NCBI GenBank assembly: GCA_903837785.1
Contig: CAILVY010000285.1
Location: forward strand, 640-64,639
Direction of reading: 5' to 3'
Length of the DNA stretch: 64,000 nucleotides
Source: Candidatus Hydrogenedentota bacterium
GTDB lineage: Bacteria > Hydrogenedentota > Hydrogenedentia > Hydrogenedentales > CAILVY01
Below are positions 58,443-64,000 of this stretch, piece by piece. The notes beneath the pieces are model-generated. The model was not told the DNA's origin. It did no database searches and saw only the letters and a list, made by a program, of their open reading frames with translations. The translations under genes and the position numbers were made by a program. Each line of letters opens with the position of its first letter. Position 1 is the first letter of the stretch.

Positions 58443-60260
58443 TCAGGGCGCGGGCTTAAAGGCCATGGTGAAGCGGGCCGCGGCTTTCGATGCGGCGGGA
58501 TAAGTCACCGTCAGCCGCGTCAGCATGCCGGACTTGTGATTGGCGCGGCATGCGGCTTCAAGCGGTTCCGCCGCGAACACACCGGCCTCGGCGCGGATTT
58601 CGAGGACGCCCTTCTCTGTCAGGACGCGCACCAGGGAACCCTGAATTTCGACCTGCTGCCACGTCACGAATGCCTCTTCCACCGCCTGGCCGGGACCCTC
58701 GAACGAGAAGCGGTCCTCGAGCACGACGCTATCGGGCTGTACGCTCAGCGTGCGGACGGCTTCCTTTAACGCCGGCTCGGCATAGGCCTCGCTGAATGCG
58801 ATTCGGACCGATTTCTCGCCGGCGCTCTCCATCGTTCCCCGAAAGGCCGCGCCCTCTAGCTGGAGCTTGCCGCCGATGCGCGGGACACTGTGCCCGTAGG
58901 AGTTGGCGAAGACATTCTCATAGCGCTTCTTGCTGAAATAATCGCGGTTGTACAGGCCGCCGCCCGGGTCGCACAAATAGACGGTTTCATCCACGCACAC
59001 GATAAAACTGCCGACATCGTTATGATTGTGCGGTTCGCCGTTGTTTCCCGCCTTGGCCGCCAGCGTCAGCGGCTTGCCGCCGAGGGTGCCCGTGAGCCGC
59101 GCAAGTCCGGAAACCGGCAGCAGCACGTCTTTCCGAAGCGGGGCGGAGGCTTCCTTGCCGTCCCACCACAGCACATCGCAGACCACGTTTCCGATCCGCC
59201 ATGAATCCTCCGGGCTGGCGAGCCCGAGCAAGGAAGTCTCGCCGGTCCGTTCCGCCAGCTTCGCGGCCAGGAATCCCTCGACGGTTCCATGTTCGTGCGC
59301 GTCGGAGAAGCTGGCGTACAAGTGGTTGCCCAGGCTCACTGCGGCGGGAAATGCCGCGATGGCCTTCATCTTCGGCGACGCCAGCAGATCCACTTTGCCG
59401 CCGCTATAGGCGCGCAGCATTTCTCCGAAAACGACACAATGGGAAAGGCCGTAGTTCCAATACCCCATGCCCTCCAGCGAGGCGCCGTCGGACTCGAAGG
59501 CGGCCTCGATGAATCGCCCGAGTTGTTCCACGACGAGCGACAGCGCCTGCGCGCGGCGTTCCGGGTCGGTTTCGAGCAGGAGGAAGGCCTCGCCGACGGA
59601 GCCTGCACAGACGCCGGTCCAGTTGTTGCGGCCGGAGTTCCAGCCATACTCGCGCCCATGCGCGAGGTACGGATCGAGGATGCGTGCTTTCACTTCCCTG
59701 CGTATCCGATCGCGTATTTCGGCCGGCAGCCGGTCGCCGAGCAGCCGATCGGCATGCGCCAGCGTCGCGCCGGTTTCGGCGGAGAACAGATCGATGTACG
59801 ACGCGTCCTTCTCGTGCGCGGGCACCACCCACGTGGTCTCTTCACAAATGTTCCAGATGAGGTCATTGATGCGGGACATCCGCTGCGTTTCGCCGCCAAG
59901 CCAAACCGCAATCACCTCATTGGCGAGCAGGCTGCGCTTCTGATAGTACGGCCGCTGATACGACTCGCGTTCGCCCTTTTCCTTAAATCCGCGATACTGC
60001 GTGTAGGTTGTGACGGGCATGTCCGCGTCCTTGGCCGCCGTCCTGGCCGCCTCGAAGAGGACCTGCGCCTGCGGCTTCGCCGCCAGCGTCTTTACGTCGG
60101 CATCCTGAAAGCCGGGGATATAGGCGGACAGGTCGCCCGCCGCCAGGGTCATGTCCGGGGCCGGAGATTTCTCCGCCACTTGCGGCGCAGGCCGTGCGCA
60201 CGACAGCGCCACGGCCGCCAGCACAAGAACGACAGTACACGCCGTCAATGGGTTCTTCAT
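58443..60260 (-). CDS. Heparinase II/III-family lipoprotein
   Basis: Lipobox ALSC, CEETTWVVPAH, IDLFSAETG, NNWTGVC, DGASLEGMGYWNY, HNHNDVGSF, SYGHSVP. Confidence 0.85.
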   Translation of the reverse strand: MKNPLTACTVVLVLAAVALSCARPAPQVAEKSPAPDMTLAAGDLSAYIPGFQDADVKTLAAKPQAQVLFEAARTAAKDADMPVTTYTQYRGFKEKGERESYQRPYYQKRSLLANEVIAVWLGGETQRMSRINDLIWNICEETTWVVPAHEKDASYIDLFSAETGATLAHADRLLGDRLPAEIRDRIRREVKARILDPYLAHGREYGWNSGRNNWTGVCAGSVGEAFLLLETDPERRAQALSLVVEQLGRFIEAAFESDGASLEGMGYWNYGLSHCVVFGEMLRAYSGGKVDLLASPKMKAIAAFPAAVSLGNHLYASFSDAHEHGTVEGFLAAKLAERTGETSLLGLASPEDSWRIGNVVCDVLWWDGKEASAPLRKDVLLPVSGLARLTGTLGGKPLTLAAKAGNNGEPHNHNDVGSFIVCVDETVYLCDPGGGLYNRDYFSKKRYENVFANSYGHSVPRIGGKLQLEGAAFRGTMESAGEKSVRIAFSEAYAEPALKEAVRTLSVQPDSVVLEDRFSFEGPGQAVEEAFVTWQQVEIQGSLVRVLTEKGVLEIRAEAGVFAAEPLEAACRANHKSGMLTRLTVTYPAASKAAARFTMAFKPAP

Positions 60261-60318
60261 CGGCCTTCTCCTCCCCGCGTTGTTTTCCATGGCACGCTAC
60301 GCCCGCAAGGCAATGATA

Positions 60319-62586
60319 TCAAGACGCTTCGCGTGCTTTGATGAGGTTCAGCGCACTGCCGGCGCGGTACCACTCGATCTGCTGGGCGTTGTACGTATGG
60401 TTGACCGCGATGCGATCCTCCATTCCGTCCGCATGCCGCAGCACGAGCGTCAGCGGCATGCCCGGCGCAAACGTGTCGAGTCCGAGAATGTCGATGACAT
60501 CGTCTTCCCGGATCTTGTCGTAATCGGCGGGGTCGGCGAAGGTGATCGCGAGCATGCCCTGCTTCTTGAGGTTCGTCTCATGGATGCGCGCAAAACTCTT
60601 CACGAGGATGGCCTTCACGCCGAGAAAGCGCGGTTCCATGGCCGCGTGCTCGCGCGAGGAGCCCTCGCCGTAATTCTCGTCGCCGACGACAATCGTTCCG
60701 ACGCCTTGCGCCTTGTAGGCGCGCTGCACCGCCGGCACTTCGCCGCAGGTGCCGTCGATCTGGTTCCTGACCTTGTTCGCCTCGTTATTGAACGCATTGA
60801 TTGCGCCGATGAAGCAGTTGTTCGAGATGTTGTCGAGGTGGCCGCGGTATTTCAGCCAGGGGCCGGCCATCGAAATGTGGTCCGTCGTGCATTTCCCCTT
60901 GGCCTTCAGCAGGAGCCGGAGCCCTTTCAGATCGCCGGTGTTCGGCGGGAAGGAATCGAGCAGTTGCAGCCGGTCGGAGCCGGGCTTGACGACGACCTCG
61001 ATGCGGCTGCCGTCTTCGGCGGGCGCGGCATAGCCGGGGTTGTCGCACGCAAAGCCTTTCTCCGGCAGTTCGTCGCCCGCAGGCGCTTCCAGCCGCACTT
61101 CCTGGCCGTCTTCATTCACGAGCGTGTCACGTTCAGGATCGAAATCCAGGTTGCCCGCGAGCGCCAGCGCAGTAACCATCTCGGGCGAAGCGACAAAGGC
61201 ATGGGTCTTGGGATTGCCGTCGTTGCGCTTGGCGAAATTGCGGTTGAACGACGTCACGATCGTGTTCGGTTCATCGTCCTTTCCGCTGCGGTGCCGCGCC
61301 CACTGGCCGATGCAGGGGCCGCACGCGTTCGCGAGCACCACCCCGCCAATCGCCTCGAAATCCCCCATGAATCCGTCGCGCTCGATGGTTTGCCGGACGA
61401 GTTCGGAACCGGGTGTCACCGTGAACTCCGTTTTCGCCTTCAATTTCTTCTGCCGGGCCTGGCGCGCGATCGACGCCGCGCGCGCCATGTCCTCATAGGA
61501 AGAGTTCGTGCACGAGCCGATCAGGCAGACTTCGATGTTCCGGGGCCAGCCGCTGGCCTGGACGGCGTCCCGCATCCCGGACACCGGCGTGGCGAGATCC
61601 GGCGTGAACGGGCCGTTGAGATGCGGCGTAAGCGTGCTGAGGTTGAGTTCGATCACGTGATCGAAGTAGGCCGAAGGATTCGCGTAAACCTCCGGATCGG
61701 GACGGAGGTGTTCGCGGATGGCGTGCGCGGCCTTCGCCACCTCGGCCCGGCCCGTGGCTTCGAGATAACGGATCATCGAATCATCGAAGGCGAAGACCGA
61801 CGTCGTCGCCCCGATTTCCGCGCCCATGTTGCAGACCGTGCCTTTTCCGGTGCAGGACATGCTCTCCGAGCCTTCGCCGAAGTATTCGATGATTGCGCCC
61901 GTACCCCCCTTCACTGTCAGCAGGCCCGCCACTTTCAGGATCACGTCCTTCGGACTGGTCCAGCCGTCGAGCTTGCCCGTGAGGTGCACCCCGTAAATCT
62001 TCGGAAACTTCAATTCCCACGCCATGCCCGACATCACATCGACCGCATCCGCCCCGCCGACGCCGATGGCCAGCATGCCGAGGCCGCCCGCGTTCGGCGT
62101 ATGCGAGTCGGTTCCGATCATCATGCCGCCGGGGAAGGCATAGTTTTCGAGCACCACCTGATGGATGATGCCCGCCCCGGGCTTCCAGAAGCCGATGCCG
62201 TACTTGTTCGAAACCGACGCCAGGAACTCGTAAACCTCCTGATTCGCCGTCAGTGCCGCGGCGAGATCCGCCTTGGCGCCCAGTTTCGCCTGAATGAGGT
62301 GGTCGCAATGGACTGTGGTCGGCACCGCGGTCTTCGCCCTCCCCGCCTGCATGAACTGAAGCAGCGCCATCTGCGCCGTGGCGTCCTGCATCGCGACCCG
62401 ATCCGGCGCAAAGTCCACGTAGTCTTTGCCGCGCGCGTACGCCCGCGCCGCCAGGCCTTCCCACAAGTGCGCGTAGAGTATCTTCTCCGAAAGGGTCAAG
62501 GGCCGCCCCACGGCCTTGCGCGCCGCCGCCACGCGCTCCGCCAACCGCCCGTATACCCGTTGAATCGTGTCCACATCGAACGCCAT
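60319..62586 (-). CDS. acnA: Aconitate hydratase (mitochondrial-like type)
   Basis: [68 protein letters not shown]. Confidence 0.96.
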   Translation of the reverse strand: MAFDVDTIQRVYGRLAERVAAARKAVGRPLTLSEKILYAHLWEGLAARAYARGKDYVDFAPDRVAMQDATAQMALLQFMQAGRAKTAVPTTVHCDHLIQAKLGAKADLAAALTANQEVYEFLASVSNKYGIGFWKPGAGIIHQVVLENYAFPGGMMIGTDSHTPNAGGLGMLAIGVGGADAVDVMSGMAWELKFPKIYGVHLTGKLDGWTSPKDVILKVAGLLTVKGGTGAIIEYFGEGSESMSCTGKGTVCNMGAEIGATTSVFAFDDSMIRYLEATGRAEVAKAAHAIREHLRPDPEVYANPSAYFDHVIELNLSTLTPHLNGPFTPDLATPVSGMRDAVQASGWPRNIEVCLIGSCTNSSYEDMARAASIARQARQKKLKAKTEFTVTPGSELVRQTIERDGFMGDFEAIGGVVLANACGPCIGQWARHRSGKDDEPNTIVTSFNRNFAKRNDGNPKTHAFVASPEMVTALALAGNLDFDPERDTLVNEDGQEVRLEAPAGDELPEKGFACDNPGYAAPAEDGSRIEVVVKPGSDRLQLLDSFPPNTGDLKGLRLLLKAKGKCTTDHISMAGPWLKYRGHLDNISNNCFIGAINAFNNEANKVRNQIDGTCGEVPAVQRAYKAQGVGTIVVGDENYGEGSSREHAAMEPRFLGVKAILVKSFARIHETNLKKQGMLAITFADPADYDKIREDDVIDILGLDTFAPGMPLTLVLRHADGMEDRIAVNHTYNAQQIEWYRAGSALNLIKAREAS

Positions 62587-62672
62587 GAAGCTATCCTTTC
62601 GTGCCGTAGGTCTTCCGTAAGATCTAACATTACCTAAAAGCGGCAAAATCCCGCAAATGCGGGATGATTCGT

Positions 62673-62702
62673 TTGATGCCCCTTTCTCCCGGTGGCTATA
62701 AT
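62673..62702 (+). promoter_or_regulatory. Sigma70-type promoter of the MBOAT gene
   Basis: TTGATG-N18-TATAAT. Confidence 0.5.
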
Positions 62703-62784
62703 GCCGCGCCCATTCGTTTTGGGCCGGTGCAATGTGCGCACCGCGTGTTTTGGCAGGGTGCGCCGGGCGCACCGGTGGTTTTCG

Positions 62785-64000
62785 ATGGTCTTCAGCTCCC
62801 ACATCTTCCTCTTCTACTTCCTGCCCGTGGCGCTGGGGGTGTATTACCTCTCGCCCCGGCGGCTGCGGCATCTCGCGCTCACGCTGGTGAGCTATGTCTT
62901 CTACGGCTGGGCCAACCCCTATTTCGTGCTGCTGATGTTCGGGTCAACCGTGTTCAGCTACTGCTGCGGAATGATCATCGCGCGCGGATTCCGCGGCTGG
63001 CGGCAGGAAGCGCCGCCGCTCGAGCGGGGCGGACCGCGCACGCGGCAGCAACGCTGGGCGCTCGCGGCCGCCGTCGCATGCAGCTTGTTCGTATTGGGCG
63101 TGTTCAAGTACTTCAATTTCGCGATCGAAAACTACAACGGGCTGTTGGCGGCGCTGGGACTCGGCCACTTGCAGTGGGACAATTTCCTGCGCATCACGCT
63201 GCCGCTGGGCATCAGTTTCTACACGTTCCACTGCATCAGCTACGTCGTGGATGTCTACCGGGGCGACGCGAAGGTCGTGCGCAACTTCATCGACTTCACG
63301 TGCTACATCTCGATGTACCCGCAACTCGTGGCCGGGCCGATCATCCGCTATCGCGAAATCGCGTACCAGTTGCAGGGCAAGGCCTACACGTTTGAGAAGT
63401 TTAGCCGGGGCGTCGCCTTTCTGAGCCTCGGCATGGCGAAGAAGATCCTCCTCGCCAATGCCTGCGGCAAGATCGCGGACACGTGTTTCAACGCGGGCGC
63501 CGTGGCGCCGCTTGATGCGTGGTACGGCATGTTCGCGTACACGTTTCAGATCTATTTCGATTTCAGCGGCTACTCGGACATGGCCATCGGGCTCGGCCTC
63601 ATGCTCGGCTTCGTGTTTCCCAAGAACTTCGACTCGCCCTATCTCTCGCAATCCATCACGGAATTCTGGCGGCGCTGGCATCAGTCGCTGTCCTTCTTCC
63701 TGCGCGACTATCTCTATCTGCCGCTGGGCGGCAACCGCAAAGGCGCCCGCCGGACCTATGTGAATCTTGCGCTCGTTATGCTGCTGGGCGGACTGTGGCA
63801 CGGCGCGGCGTGGAACTTCGTGATCTGGGGCGGCATCCACGGGGCGATGCTCGCGTTCGAACGGACGCAGGGCAAACAAAGCCTGTATCAGCGCGCGCCG
63901 CGGCTCGTCCGCACGGCATTGACCTTCCTGATCGTCTGCTTTGCCTGGGTCTTCTTCCGCGCGCCGGACTTGCCGTCCGCCGTGGCCTATTTGCGCTCAC
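62785..64000 (+). CDS. MBOAT family O-acyltransferase (AlgI/DltB-like), 3' end outside window
   Basis: Not in the ORF track (no stop in window); read by hand: [64 protein letters not shown]. Confidence 0.92.
   Translation, partial: MVFSSHIFLFYFLPVALGVYYLSPRRLRHLALTLVSYVFYGWANPYFVLLMFGSTVFSYCCGMIIARGFRGWRQEAPPLERGGPRTRQQRWALAAAVACSLFVLGVFKYFNFAIENYNGLLAALGLGHLQWDNFLRITLPLGISFYTFHCISYVVDVYRGDAKVVRNFIDFTCYISMYPQLVAGPIIRYREIAYQLQGKAYTFEKFSRGVAFLSLGMAKKILLANACGKIADTCFNAGAVAPLDAWYGMFAYTFQIYFDFSGYSDMAIGLGLMLGFVFPKNFDSPYLSQSITEFWRRWHQSLSFFLRDYLYLPLGGNRKGARRTYVNLALVMLLGGLWHGAAWNFVIWGGIHGAMLAFERTQGKQSLYQRAPRLVRTALTFLIVCFAWVFFRAPDLPSAVAYLRS

Noticed and set aside
62608-62627. Hairpin in the aconitase leader as an iron-responsive element
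   Set aside because: The loop is ACGG rather than CAGUG-like and there is no bulged C
62664-63879. Track ORFs 62664-63395 (+) and 62944-63879 (-)
   Set aside because: They overlap the real MBOAT frame starting at 62785, which is missing from the track because it has no stop in the window

Overview
GC-rich bacterial chromosomal window with about 44 CDS and one tRNA-Ser(UGA), dominated by carbohydrate-active enzymes (GH2 x2, GH38-like, GH106-like, GH130, GH14/42-like, heparinase II/III-like), sugar ABC components, Gfo/Idh/MocA oxidoreductases and central metabolism (cysE, PPi-type pfk, acs, aconitase). Two DUF1559/prepilin-type paralogues suggest Candidatus Hydrogenedentota or a related lineage (inference). 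No CRISPR array, integrase or transposase was seen. Most notable: (1) a free-standing degenerate intein-like Hint protein carrying a DUF559 endonuclease and in-frame BoxC/REP-like palindromes, inserted in a sugar ABC operon (55840-57012); (2) an intact NrdD paralogue with two ATP cones that lacks the catalytic cysteines and glycyl-radical domain and has N-terminal beta-clamp-binding-like motifs; (3) a methyltransferase/3'-5' exonuclease fusion with a C-terminal clamp-like motif; (4) an in-frame TGA inside a 9-bp hairpin splitting a giant GH106-like gene; (5) a membrane PAS pseudokinase lacking the His and the ATPase domain; (6) a candidate sRNA and a structured acs leader. All family assignments come from motif recognition by eye; no searches were run.
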